Shown in pieces: positions 10,563-20,656 of a DNA stretch of 64,000 nucleotides. Position numbers and translations under genes: made by a program. A model generated the notes under the pieces. That model did not search any database. It saw only the letters and a program-made list of their open reading frames with translations, and was not told the DNA's origin. The stretch is from Candidatus Thorarchaeota archaeon (GTDB lineage: Archaea > Asgardarchaeota > Thorarchaeia > Thorarchaeales > Thorarchaeaceae). Where the stretch lies: contig JBHLRP010000007.1 of assembly GCA_048882485.1 (NCBI GenBank), forward strand, positions 1-64,000, read 5' to 3'. Every line of letters begins with the position of its first letter. The first letter of the stretch is position 1.

Positions 10563-10652
10563 AGTCAATCCATCCTGTGCCCTAGCACCTCGGTTAATAC
10601 CTCTCTTATCAACATTATCGAAGTGACGATGTTTTCCGCCTGAACAACAACC

Positions 10653-10706
10653 TTTATATCGCATTCGATAATCGCATTCGATATTGGACTATTATCATAT
10701 TCGATA
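10653..10706 (+). promoter_or_regulatory. TATA box followed by three copies of a TATCG-N4-CGATA-like box (putative PadR operator)
   Basis: TTTATAT at 10653-10659; TATCGCATTCGATA 10657-10670, AATCGCATTCGATA 10670-10683 and TATCATATTCGATA 10693-10706, directly upstream of the padR gene. Confidence 0.7.
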
Positions 10707-10722
10707 TTGAGCGTGTGTAATT

Positions 10723-11265
10723 TTGCCCAAGCCTGAAGACAAAGAATCTGAATGCGAGCCAATGAGGATGCCCCACTCAATACCCAGAGGTCTATTGAGA
10801 CATGTAATCATCAGACTCCTCCAATCTACGGATATGACAGGATCTGAAATGATGAGAGTTATGAGTGAGCGGACTGGGGAACATTGGAGTCCTAGTCCTG
10901 GGTCCATCTATCCTCTGCTTTCCCACTTGGAGGAGGAGGGAATCATTGAAGCGGTCAGAACTGAGGGGAGGAGTAAGACCTATTCCCTCACTGAGGAAGG
11001 TCGGGCTCGGTTCAGTGAGGTTCTTCACAAACGGGGTGATGTAGAGCACAAGGCAAGGCTCAATCGAATGATGCTGTTGCAGCTTTTAGAACCATCCGAC
11101 CGTGTTCATTTTCACATTAGTGCGTTCAATCATGCCATAGATCATATTGCTGATACGATTGAAGAAATATCTGCATCAGAGAAACGAAAGATTGGAACAC
11201 GGCTAAAGAAGACATCAAAGAAGCTGGACTCGCTAATACAGCGGGTTGAACAAGGTGAAGCATAG
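10723..11265 (+). CDS. PadR family transcriptional regulator
   Basis: WSPSPGSIYPLLSHLEEEGII and KTYSLTEEG PadR winged-helix signature. Confidence 0.9.
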   Translation: MPKPEDKESECEPMRMPHSIPRGLLRHVIIRLLQSTDMTGSEMMRVMSERTGEHWSPSPGSIYPLLSHLEEEGIIEAVRTEGRSKTYSLTEEGRARFSEVLHKRGDVEHKARLNRMMLLQLLEPSDRVHFHISAFNHAIDHIADTIEEISASEKRKIGTRLKKTSKKLDSLIQRVEQGEA

Positions 11266-11266
11266 A

Positions 11267-13120
11267 ATGGCTAACGAAAACAACAATAAGAAGGGCCGCA
11301 GTGCCGCGATGCGATATATGCTGGGAGGTCTGGCCAGACATCCTGGAGCGATAGCATTTGCACTAACATTGACAGTGATCTCAACCCTATTAGTGACAAT
11401 ACCCAGCATCATTATAGGGATGGCTATTGACGAGCTGGAACTCTCAGGTCTAAGTGCTCAGTTTACATTCCTTGTCTGGATCATTGTCCTTTTTGGTGTC
11501 ACCTATTTGGCAATGTACTTCATAGTGGGCTACGTCTGGGCAATAGTCACGTTGAGGTGGGAACGAGACTCTAGACAGGAATTCTTCGAGAATCTCCAAG
11601 ATTTCAGCATGACCTTCCATGATGAAGTAGATAGCAAGCGATTGCTCTCAGTAGCGATGCAGGATATTAGTTGGGTGCGGTTTTCATTGAATCCAGCATT
11701 AAGGAATCTATTTGGGAGCTTAATCTCATTTGCAATCACTGTCATCTTCCTTGTTCTAGTGGATCAAACTCCGGGCTTAACTGGGACCTTCACATTGTTT
11801 GGCTATCCGATTCCTGTTCTCACGACAATCATGTTTATTGGAACCCCAATTTACCTGATCTTTGCCTACCGCTATGCCAACGCCGTGGAACCAGTTCGAA
11901 GACAGCGTGCAGAGGATATGGAGAAGCTCACCTCGATATCGCAAGGAGTCTTCCAGGGCATTGAGGTCGTAAGGGCATTCGGATCAGAAGACCGCGAACA
12001 GGAGAAATTCCATGAAGCGAGCAAGGCGTATGAAAGAATGGTCGCCCGAGAGGGACAACTAGCTGCCTTTTACATTCCAGCACTTGTCCTGACTGCTATG
12101 ACTACATTGGCTTTTGCGTATGTGGGTTTTGCTGTATTGTCTGGTATCATTACCCCCGGTACTATGATTGCTGTGCTTGGTCTGCTTCTTGCACTTGAAG
12201 GTCTGAACTACCATTTGCCCTTCATGCTGCTAATGCTGCGTGGTGGCTATGTTAATGCCCAACGTATTGTGGACATCCTCAACTGGGAGGATCCATTGGA
12301 GGAGCCTTCTCAAGAAACATTAGAAGTCGATTGGTTAGGTGACATTGTCTTCGATAATGTCAGCTTTGCCTACAACTCGAATAACGGAAAGAATGAGCAC
12401 TATGCTCTGAAAGACTTTAGCATCAGGATACCTGGAGGCTCCAGAGTTGCTTTGATTGGAGGCCCGGGAGGTGGCAAGAGCACCATTTTGAAGCTACTCC
12501 TGAGGCTATACGATCCGACAAAGGGCTCAGTCAGTGTTGGTGGTATAGACCTCAAAAATGTGACAACCCAGCATGTGCGAGATATGGTTGGACTGGTTGA
12601 ACAGGACGTCTTCTTGTTCAGGATGAGTGTTCGTGACAACATTGCTTTTGGCAGAAAGGATGCTTCGGATTTGGAGGTCATTGAAGCTGCCCGTCGAGCT
12701 CAGGCCGATGAGTTCATCGTGGAAATGGAAGGCGGATATGATGCGGAAGTGGGCGAAAGGGGGATGACTCTGAGTGGTGGTCAAAGACAACGACTAGCAA
12801 TAGCTAGAGCGCTCATTCAAGACCCAAAGATTCTGCTTCTGGATGACTCAGTGAGTGCAGTTGATGCCCAGACAGAGTTCCTGATGAGGAAGGCGCTGGA
12901 GGAGGTCATGGTCGGCCGTACTAGCATCACTGTCACTCAGCGACTTCGCACACTTCTTGAGTCCGATTTGGTGCTAATAGTGGATAAGGGGAGGCTAATT
13001 GCATCTGGTACTCATGACGAACTCATAAGGGACTCGGAACATTATCAACGCATATTCGAACGTTTGCCAGGAGCAAGAGCACTGCTTGATAGCATGTCTG
13101 TCCAGGGAGGTGCTGCGTGA
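11267..13120 (+). CDS. ABC exporter subunit (TMD+NBD), heterodimer partner 1
   Basis: 6-TM domain; GGPGGGKS, LSGGQRQR; Walker B reads LLLDD and the H-switch is replaced (VTQR), i.e. the degenerate half. Confidence 0.92.
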   Translation: MANENNNKKGRSAAMRYMLGGLARHPGAIAFALTLTVISTLLVTIPSIIIGMAIDELELSGLSAQFTFLVWIIVLFGVTYLAMYFIVGYVWAIVTLRWERDSRQEFFENLQDFSMTFHDEVDSKRLLSVAMQDISWVRFSLNPALRNLFGSLISFAITVIFLVLVDQTPGLTGTFTLFGYPIPVLTTIMFIGTPIYLIFAYRYANAVEPVRRQRAEDMEKLTSISQGVFQGIEVVRAFGSEDREQEKFHEASKAYERMVAREGQLAAFYIPALVLTAMTTLAFAYVGFAVLSGIITPGTMIAVLGLLLALEGLNYHLPFMLLMLRGGYVNAQRIVDILNWEDPLEEPSQETLEVDWLGDIVFDNVSFAYNSNNGKNEHYALKDFSIRIPGGSRVALIGGPGGGKSTILKLLLRLYDPTKGSVSVGGIDLKNVTTQHVRDMVGLVEQDVFLFRMSVRDNIAFGRKDASDLEVIEAARRAQADEFIVEMEGGYDAEVGERGMTLSGGQRQRLAIARALIQDPKILLLDDSVSAVDAQTEFLMRKALEEVMVGRTSITVTQRLRTLLESDLVLIVDKGRLIASGTHDELIRDSEHYQRIFERLPGARALLDSMSVQGGAA

Positions 13121-15261
13121 TGGGCATGAGAGGTCATGGAGGTCCGAGGGCATTAGCCCGCGGAAGAGAAAAGAGAAGCCGTCCAATCCGCGTCCTACTC
13201 GGTCGGATGATTGACTACCTTGGTAGGTTCAGGCGCATTGTTGCAATTGGTGCTGTCCTATCAATTCTAGCTACAATTGTTACGGTTTTCGATCCCCTTG
13301 TCCTGCAATTGGGCATTGATTCGATTGAACCTTCGAATCCTGCATCATATAGCACGCTCTTGCTTTTGATAGGAATCTACATTGTGTTGAGAATCACGAG
13401 TTGGGCGTTATCAAGTGGGAATACTTGGATTCTCGCAAATGCACAAGCTGGATTTGTGCAAAACATCCAGGAGGACGTTTATTCACACTTAGTGAGAGCT
13501 GATCTTTCGTATCACAAGGCTGAGCAGAGCGGCAATGTGACATCCAGAGTCACCTCAGACACAGTTTCGCTAGGGACCGGCATTCAGGTAATAATCAGCT
13601 TTGCAAGTCAAGCTCTTATGTTGGCAGGCACTTTCCTGCTTCTATTATCTACATCACAGGTGCTAGCGCTAACATCTCTCATCATAGTCCCTGGAGTCGC
13701 CTTTATTGCAGTTCTCTTTGGTACAGTTGGTCAAAGAATCATGTTGGCATCTCAAAGAGCTGCAGGCGAAGTTTCTGGTCAGATTGCTGAGAACCTAGGC
13801 GGTATCCATGTCGCAAAAGCATTCAATCGAGAAATGGAACTCGCCGAGGAGATGATGGAGCTGAATCAGAAGTCGTACAAGTTTGGCTTTCGATTCATGA
13901 TCTTGATGAGTGCTATGCAACCACTTGTAAGGAGCATAGGCCAGTTCGCAATAGCGGCAATTCTGTTTGTTGGGGGAACATTGGCTGTTGGGACATTGCC
14001 TATTCTGACACCTGGAGAAGTGTTCCTTGGAATTATGCTTGTCAGTCGTTTTATGTGGCCACTTCTATCACTATCCATGATGGCTACACAGGTGCAGGCT
14101 TCTCTAGCAGCTATGGACCGCATCTCAGATGTGCTTGAGTCAAAGCGGGCTATTGATGATCTCGAATATGCAGTTCCTCTTTCAGAAACAAGTGATGGCA
14201 TCAGATTTGAGAATGTAACCTTCGAATATGTGCTAGAAACTCCCGTTTTGAAAAATGTCAACCTTGCCATTGAACCAGGAGCGACTGTTGCTGTTGTAGG
14301 ACATACTGGAGCTGGCAAGACAACATTGGCCGCCCTAATTAACAGGTTCTATGATCCTCAAGAAGGCAACATCCTGATTGGTGACCAGAATCTCAGAGAG
14401 ATCACTTTAGACTCTCTACATGGCAATGTTGCTCTGATTCCTCAGGAACCGTATCTATTTGATGCGTCCATAATGGACAACATCCGCTATGGTCGACCTA
14501 ACGCCACAGACGAGGAGATCAAGGACCTATGCGCTTTGATTGGAGCAAATGACTTCATTGAGGTCTTGGCTGATGGCTATGACACTGGTATCCTAGAGAA
14601 TGGAAAGAATCTTAGTGCAGGACAAAGGCAAATGATTACCATTGCTCGAACCATGCTTGCAGATCCGCGAATTCTCATCCTTGATGAAGCTACAAGCAGA
14701 CTAGATGCTTATAGTGAGTCGCTTGTACAGGATGCTCAGGCAATGCTGTTTTCAGATAGAACCACCGTTGTCATCGCACATCGACTCACTACTATTGCTA
14801 ATGCATCTCGAATAATAGTATTTCAGGATGGCGAAATCATTGAGGATGGAACACACGAAGAGCTATTGGCTCTAAATGGTACATTCAAGTCACTCTACGA
14901 GACCTACTATGCTCATCAAGGCTTTGAGGAACTATCTGAAGAAACAGCACGAGTTGCCAGTGAGGAGGTTTCCAAGATAGGTGGGGAATCTGCTCTTGAA
15001 TCGCCAAAGCAAAGTAGCGGCATGAGTATGATGGGTATGATGGGTGGTGGAGGATCACACGGTATGCCCGGCGGGCATGGTGGAATGATTGCTGGAGGCA
15101 TGGACGACCGGCGTGAAATGCTCAAGAAAATGCTCAAAAACCCAGATGATATTTCGCCGCAAATGCGTGGTCACTTGATTGAGAGGCTGGAGCAATCTGA
15201 TGATCCTGAGATGCTGGAGCTCCTTCAAAAACTGAAGGCACTTGAAGGCAAATCCGAGTAG
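13117..15261 (+). CDS. ABC exporter subunit (TMD+NBD), heterodimer partner 2, with Met/Gly/His-rich C-terminal extension
   Basis: GHTGAGKT, LSAGQRQ, ILDEAT and IAHRL motifs; overlaps the previous gene. Confidence 0.92.
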   Translation: MMGMRGHGGPRALARGREKRSRPIRVLLGRMIDYLGRFRRIVAIGAVLSILATIVTVFDPLVLQLGIDSIEPSNPASYSTLLLLIGIYIVLRITSWALSSGNTWILANAQAGFVQNIQEDVYSHLVRADLSYHKAEQSGNVTSRVTSDTVSLGTGIQVIISFASQALMLAGTFLLLLSTSQVLALTSLIIVPGVAFIAVLFGTVGQRIMLASQRAAGEVSGQIAENLGGIHVAKAFNREMELAEEMMELNQKSYKFGFRFMILMSAMQPLVRSIGQFAIAAILFVGGTLAVGTLPILTPGEVFLGIMLVSRFMWPLLSLSMMATQVQASLAAMDRISDVLESKRAIDDLEYAVPLSETSDGIRFENVTFEYVLETPVLKNVNLAIEPGATVAVVGHTGAGKTTLAALINRFYDPQEGNILIGDQNLREITLDSLHGNVALIPQEPYLFDASIMDNIRYGRPNATDEEIKDLCALIGANDFIEVLADGYDTGILENGKNLSAGQRQMITIARTMLADPRILILDEATSRLDAYSESLVQDAQAMLFSDRTTVVIAHRLTTIANASRIIVFQDGEIIEDGTHEELLALNGTFKSLYETYYAHQGFEELSEETARVASEEVSKIGGESALESPKQSSGMSMMGMMGGGGSHGMPGGHGGMIAGGMDDRREMLKKMLKNPDDISPQMRGHLIERLEQSDDPEMLELLQKLKALEGKSE

Positions 15262-15273
15262 GAACTTACCATT

Positions 15274-16047
15274 TCAAAAGAGCTCAATCGATTTAGCAGA
15301 GATAAGAGCTGTGCCTAGCACAATATAGGCTTCAGTCCTAACTATCTGCCCTAGTGGCTCTATCGGGGAGAGCTCTATACAGCACCATAGTACTATCTGC
15401 ATGGTGAGGACAAGGACTGACAGGAAGGCAAGTCCGAGAGGGCGTGCTAGCCTGCCGCTGCGAAAGACAAGAAGCACGTAGCCCATAGCTAGAGTAATGA
15501 CCCCCATTCCAATAGCGAGGGGTGCGGTGGTGAACACTTCCACAGGATTTCTAGTCGGATTTAGAACAATCACTAGCGACGCAAGAATCAGCATAGCAAC
15601 AGCTGGAATAATCACCATCATTGCCAACAGTCTATTATCTTTGGTTGATTTAAGAACTGAGTTGGAAGCCCGTAAATATCCTAGTACCCCAATAGCCCAG
15701 AGTATCAGCCCTGGCATCTGAACTAGACTAACTGTAAAGAGAAATGCTTCGCTGCCTTCCTGATTTGCCAAAAGGCTTGCTGTGACCTCAGAAATCGCAT
15801 AGAGAACAAGCCCAAGAGAGAAAAACAGATTCATCAGATGAAATCTGTCTTCACGCCTGAAGTCTTCACGTCCAAAGACCCACAGGCCAATGATGCCCAT
15901 GCTGAAAGCTGAAACTGGAGCTGAAATTGCGCCCAATAAAGACACTATGGATTGATTGCTAATTAGCCAAGCAATTACACTAACAATTAGAATGGCAAGC
16001 GCACTGACCACGAAAACATATGTCAAATATCTTCCTCGAGATGACAA
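15274..16047 (-). CDS. Polytopic membrane protein (~7-8 TM), unknown function
   Basis: 257-aa ORF made of serial hydrophobic helices. Confidence 0.75.
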   Translation of the reverse strand: MSSRGRYLTYVFVVSALAILIVSVIAWLISNQSIVSLLGAISAPVSAFSMGIIGLWVFGREDFRREDRFHLMNLFFSLGLVLYAISEVTASLLANQEGSEAFLFTVSLVQMPGLILWAIGVLGYLRASNSVLKSTKDNRLLAMMVIIPAVAMLILASLVIVLNPTRNPVEVFTTAPLAIGMGVITLAMGYVLLVFRSGRLARPLGLAFLSVLVLTMQIVLWCCIELSPIEPLGQIVRTEAYIVLGTALISAKSIELF

Positions 16048-16141
16048 AGGTCAACAGCTCTCCACGCAAATGCAAATACGAAGTCGTGCAATCCTCGATT
16101 TGATTGTTTTCCTTATCAATGAGTTTCCGATGGGTACGCGA

Positions 16142-17338
16142 CTAATTGACCTGAAATGACTCCCAATGAATGTCAAAAGCAGTACTTGGAAATTGCCGTT
16201 CAATGGAGCTTCGAGCACCATTGAGAATCGTGTTAACCGGACTTGATCCCATAAGAGTGCTCATTCTTCTAGTATATTCTTGGAAGAGGTCTCTGAATCC
16301 TTCACTCAATATTTCAGGCGTAATGCTCCCCCTGACTGTGGCAGATACCAGAGAAGTCTTGATCTCGACGTCTACTCCTTCCTCCAGTCCTACAAAAGCC
16401 AGCCATGGCAACTCCGAGGTCAGTTTATCTCTTGAGCTGAAAAACATGCTTCTCGCAGGCTTAATTCCGAGTATCTTGGCGGTCCTGTTGAGTGTTTCCT
16501 GTAAAGCGGCAGTATACAATACTGTGGTAGCTTGAGCTGGGGATACAAGTTCCACTGCTTTTCTTTGAGCAAGAATCGCAATCTCATCCAGGAATCGCTT
16601 GAGGTCACTTGTCTTAACTCTCTCCGCTGCTATTGAGAGAGGGGTTTCTCCATCAAGTTCTGGGAGAACTCTGGCTGTATCTTCAGAGATTCCATCTACA
16701 GTTTCTGTGGGTTGAATTAGACTAGTGGCTTGGTAGATGTCGTCAGGCTTCGCTGATGGGGCTAATGTTATTGCCTTCTCCCAATAAGCTTCAGCAGCCA
16801 TATTCATTGCCAGTTCAACAGGAATCTCCAGAAAGGATGCTGCTTCTTGCACGGTGCATATTTCAGGTATTAGCTTCAGAAATGATACTACATCTGCTGA
16901 TTGAGTATAGAACTCCCAATCACGCTTGAGTCGCATGGTTGTCTGGGGTTCAATCAGGCCGCGCACGAATTCCTCAATCACATTGCGTTCAAACCGGGTA
17001 TATACTGCCAGATCGAGGTCAACCCATCGAAGTAAGCCAAATTGGTCCTCAAACGCATCAATAAGCCTCTTGACTTTCTCTCTGACACTCTTCGTGTCTT
17101 CTCTGACTGTGACTGCGCCAAGCGTCCATTCCCCAAACTCGACAATTATCTTGCTGTCTGTTCCTTCAAAAGCCCTAGCCTTTGAGGTGACTGAGCGAGT
17201 AGCCTCATCAAAAAAAGAGGTCATGGCCACGAGGAAAGAGGATAGCAAATCAGCATCAAACTCAGGCTCTGCGAAATCATGGTGATACATACAAACGCCA
17301 GTGTCGCGTCTGATGATGTATACGCTTTCTACCTGCAT
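16142..17338 (-). CDS. Longin-like domain protein with C-terminal helical/winged-helix repeats
   Basis: N-terminus VYIIRRDTGVCMY...DADLLSSFLVAMTSFFDE is typical of Asgard longin-type domains. Confidence 0.65.
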   Translation of the reverse strand: MQVESVYIIRRDTGVCMYHHDFAEPEFDADLLSSFLVAMTSFFDEATRSVTSKARAFEGTDSKIIVEFGEWTLGAVTVREDTKSVREKVKRLIDAFEDQFGLLRWVDLDLAVYTRFERNVIEEFVRGLIEPQTTMRLKRDWEFYTQSADVVSFLKLIPEICTVQEAASFLEIPVELAMNMAAEAYWEKAITLAPSAKPDDIYQATSLIQPTETVDGISEDTARVLPELDGETPLSIAAERVKTSDLKRFLDEIAILAQRKAVELVSPAQATTVLYTAALQETLNRTAKILGIKPARSMFFSSRDKLTSELPWLAFVGLEEGVDVEIKTSLVSATVRGSITPEILSEGFRDLFQEYTRRMSTLMGSSPVNTILNGARSSIERQFPSTAFDIHWESFQVN

Positions 17339-17498
17339 CTATTCTTTCCTCACCATGTGTCTTGCTTGGCGTGCAAGCACCAATCCCTCGGAGCGAACTG
17401 ACGGACCTATCAGTCACCTTTTGAGGATTCTAATGAAACTGCTAGAGTCAGTATCAGTTTTCACTAGGACTATAAGGATATGAAAGTGGTGTGGATGT

Positions 17499-18110
17499 AT
17501 GGCCGATGAAGAGTCCCTTGTCATCACGTGTCCCACTTGTGAGGAAAGCGAGCTAGATGTAAACTCGATTCTCTACAGTGTGCCATATTTCAACGAGCTC
17601 GCAATGTTCACAATGAAGTGTCCGAATTGCAACTTCACACACAATGACATTTTCTCAGCAGAGGAGCGGCCACCAAGCCGATGGATTCTAAGAGTTAACG
17701 ATGAGGCGCATCTTAGAATTCGGGTTGTCAGGTCGGGCTCAGGTACAATCAGAATGCCTGAGTTTGGAATTGATGTGGAACCAGGTCCTGCAGCAGAGTC
17801 ATTCATCAGCAATGTTGAAGGAGTTTTGATTCGTACCAGGCCAGTTGTTGAGACCGCAATCCGATTTGCTGAGACTGAGTCAGAAAGAGAAAGGGGAAAG
17901 GAGGTCCTTGAAATGATTGACAAATCGATGAGAAGTGAAATGCCATTCACACTCATTCTTGAGGACCCAGTCGGTGTAAGTGGAATCCTCCCTGATGATC
18001 TCACTCTGGTGGAACATGTACGCTTGAGTCAGGAAGAGGCCTCTCATTTGAAAGGTGCACCTGCATGGATCGATGTGGCTCGTCAGGACTATACGGAGCG
18101 TAAGGGCTAA
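17499..18110 (+). CDS. ZPR1-related C4 zinc finger protein
   Basis: CPTC...VPYF...CPNC, VEPGPAAESFISNVEGVL and FTLILEDPVG motifs. Confidence 0.92.
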   Translation: MADEESLVITCPTCEESELDVNSILYSVPYFNELAMFTMKCPNCNFTHNDIFSAEERPPSRWILRVNDEAHLRIRVVRSGSGTIRMPEFGIDVEPGPAAESFISNVEGVLIRTRPVVETAIRFAETESERERGKEVLEMIDKSMRSEMPFTLILEDPVGVSGILPDDLTLVEHVRLSQEEASHLKGAPAWIDVARQDYTERKG

Positions 18111-18142
18111 AAGGCCAGCCTAGGGTCTGAGCAGTCAACATT

Positions 18143-18249
18143 GGGCCGATAGATCAGCCTGGCAGATCGTCTGGTTTGCAAACTCATAGGAATTCCCTAT
18201 GAATCAGATCTCCAGAAGGTCGCGAGTTCAAATCTCGCTCGGTCCACCA
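18143..18249 (+). tRNA. tRNA-Ala(UGC) with a 30-nt canonical intron (18181-18210) and encoded CCA
   Basis: Acceptor stem GGGCCGA/TCGGTCC with G3:U70; anticodon stem TCTGG/CCAGA; TGC at 18177-18179; T-loop GTTCAAATC; bulge-helix-bulge (TTTG/CAGA helix) at position 37/38. Confidence 0.95.
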
Positions 18250-18264
18250 TTTTCTTCTTGATGT

Positions 18265-19089
18265 TTAGATTAGGGGCTTCCTACCACAAAAGATGAGATA
18301 TCCTATGTCTTCATATTCCTCTCCCTCTTCAACAGAAATGGCGTTTCTGACACCGAGGACTCTCATGACCGTTCTCCTAAGTGGGCTATTGATTAACATA
18401 TGGTAAATCAATTTCAGATAGGCCTTGATACTGGCTTTTCTGTCTCTCGGGCTCTCTAGGACTTCTTGATAATTCTCAATTAGCTCCTTCTTCTCCAGGT
18501 CTAGTCCTGCGAATTCAGCTTTCCACTCCTCAAGGCTAAGAAGTGCTGCGTCAGACCCAAGAACCATCTTCAAGGCAGCGTCCAGTTTCTCTGCAGCCTC
18601 ACGTGATCCCTGTGGATTTGGGAACATGTCCAGAGTCCCAATAACTCCTCCTGGTTTCGTCACTCGTATATATTCTTGAAGTGCTCTATGCTTGTCAGGT
18701 ACCAAGGCTGTGATTGCTACTCCGTAGACAGCGTCGAATGTTTCATCATCAAAAGGCATTTCCATAACATTAGCAACCTGGAACTTCACACTGTTCAAAC
18801 CCATTTTTGCAGCCCGTTCCCTAGCCTTCGCTATAAGTATCTCAGACAAGTCAATGCCTGTGACCTGACATCCATAGTTCTCAGCAACCATACAGCTCGT
18901 ATACCCTGATGCACATCCAAGCTCGAGAACTTGAAAGCCTGGATCTGCTTGAATATCAATTAGATCCAACAGCCTATTTGTGCCCTTCAGGCCTCCAATC
19001 ATAGGGCTGTTGAAAGCGCCTATGTATCCCAGGAAGTCATAGAACCCTAACTCTGCAACTTCCTTTCTCGACAATCTCTTTACTTTCAA
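18265..19089 (-). CDS. Class I SAM-dependent methyltransferase
   Basis: VLELGCASG motif I, MPFDDETFDAV and RVTKPGG. Confidence 0.88.
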   Translation of the reverse strand: MKVKRLSRKEVAELGFYDFLGYIGAFNSPMIGGLKGTNRLLDLIDIQADPGFQVLELGCASGYTSCMVAENYGCQVTGIDLSEILIAKARERAAKMGLNSVKFQVANVMEMPFDDETFDAVYGVAITALVPDKHRALQEYIRVTKPGGVIGTLDMFPNPQGSREAAEKLDAALKMVLGSDAALLSLEEWKAEFAGLDLEKKELIENYQEVLESPRDRKASIKAYLKLIYHMLINSPLRRTVMRVLGVRNAISVEEGEEYEDIGYLIFCGRKPLI

Positions 19090-19099
19090 ACTGATAGCA

Positions 19100-20644
19100 T
19101 TAGCCTCCTTTTTGCAGTTGTTCTTGAGGGACTTGTCTATTCATCTCGATTCTGCTTTTGCTGAACTCGTAGGACAATTCGTGTAGTGAGATTTCTCTCA
19201 AGTCGGAATTCTTGCGCATAAGGCTTCTATGAGTCAACGCAGATTCTTGACTTGCCAGTAGTCTTATCTTCCGAAAATATGCCTTAATTCCCTCCCAGAT
19301 TTTCCCCAGGAGATATGTGTTCCTTGATTTGATTTGACGCCAGATGACAGATGGGCGCAAGTAGAATCTGAGATAGGCCTGATACAATATTGTCTTGAGT
19401 TTCTTCTCGTTAATGGCTGCAAGTTTCATGACAGGTGCCAAAACAGAAAATTCCTTCCAAGATCTGGCATTAAGCAACCCTTCCCTTTTAGCTTGTTCGA
19501 ATAGCGGTGTTCCAGGATAGGGGGTGCAAATCGTGAATTGTGCGAACTCGGGATTCAGACGACATGCGAGGCCGACCGTTGACATTGCTTCTTCTACTGT
19601 TTCACCAGGGTAGCCAAGTACAAACGAGAAGATTCTCTCTAGTTTAGCCCATTTCGCAATTTCATTCGATCTCCAAACCTGCTCGAGGGTTATTCCCTTT
19701 CGCATCAAATCTAGAACTCTTTGACTTCCTGATTCCACACCAATATACACAGAACGACATCCTGCTTGCTTTAGCCGCTTAGCCATTATTGGATTATTGG
19801 AGAGGATGTCTGCACGTGCAGAACAAGTCCAAGTCAGAGAGTAATTCCGAGTCCGTATTAACTCGCAAATTTGCTTTACTCTCAAAGGATCATAGCAAAA
19901 TAGGTCATCCAGGAACTCCAACTCATCAATCTTGTATCTCTTGACAAGTAAATCCACTTCTTCAATCACATTTTCAGCAGACCGGCCTCTCCATTTTTTC
20001 CCAGATGATCTCGATGAAGAACAGAAAGTACAACCGTATGGACAACCTCTGCTAGATACCATAGTACCAACGCGAATTGGTCCCTGCAGATACTGATTCA
20101 TATCCATCAAGTCATAAGCTGGAAACGGCAGTGCGTCCAAATCTTCAATCGGGCGAGATAGGGGATTCCGTCTAATCTCCGAACCTACCCGATATGTAAT
20201 GCCCTTGACCTTTTCCAATTGATCTGTTCCCATTCTTTCCAAAAGATCTGACATGACATATTCACCCTCACCTCTGACCACAAAATCAATTTGAGGCGCA
20301 TCTCTTAGGATGAGGGCATCAGAGAAAGAGGCATGTGCTCCACCCACTACCACTCTGCAATCAAGGTCAGAATCTTTCGCTACTGCCGCCAATCTATAGA
20401 CATCATAGATAGCAGGAGTAGCTTGAGCACTGATTCCAACAACATCGGGTCTAAATCCCGATATCAACGCTGCAAACTCAGCATCATTAGTCTGGTGAAG
20501 CATTCCATCATGAATCGCTACTTCATGGCTTCCAAACTCTCTGAGATAACTTGCCACATATCCAAGGCCAAGTGGCGGTGTGACAAATCCAAGTGAGTCT
20601 CTAATGTCATTGGGAGAGTAGGGAATGGTGAATAATACTTTCAT
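19100..20644 (-). CDS. Cobalamin-binding (class B) radical SAM protein
   Basis: PPLGLGYVASYL and VVVGGAHAS B12-binding domain; SSRGCPYGCTFC; GVESGSQ; PYPGTPL. Confidence 0.9.
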   Translation of the reverse strand: MKVLFTIPYSPNDIRDSLGFVTPPLGLGYVASYLREFGSHEVAIHDGMLHQTNDAEFAALISGFRPDVVGISAQATPAIYDVYRLAAVAKDSDLDCRVVVGGAHASFSDALILRDAPQIDFVVRGEGEYVMSDLLERMGTDQLEKVKGITYRVGSEIRRNPLSRPIEDLDALPFPAYDLMDMNQYLQGPIRVGTMVSSRGCPYGCTFCSSSRSSGKKWRGRSAENVIEEVDLLVKRYKIDELEFLDDLFCYDPLRVKQICELIRTRNYSLTWTCSARADILSNNPIMAKRLKQAGCRSVYIGVESGSQRVLDLMRKGITLEQVWRSNEIAKWAKLERIFSFVLGYPGETVEEAMSTVGLACRLNPEFAQFTICTPYPGTPLFEQAKREGLLNARSWKEFSVLAPVMKLAAINEKKLKTILYQAYLRFYLRPSVIWRQIKSRNTYLLGKIWEGIKAYFRKIRLLASQESALTHRSLMRKNSDLREISLHELSYEFSKSRIEMNRQVPQEQLQKGG

Positions 20645-20656
20645 CCCTCAACACCC

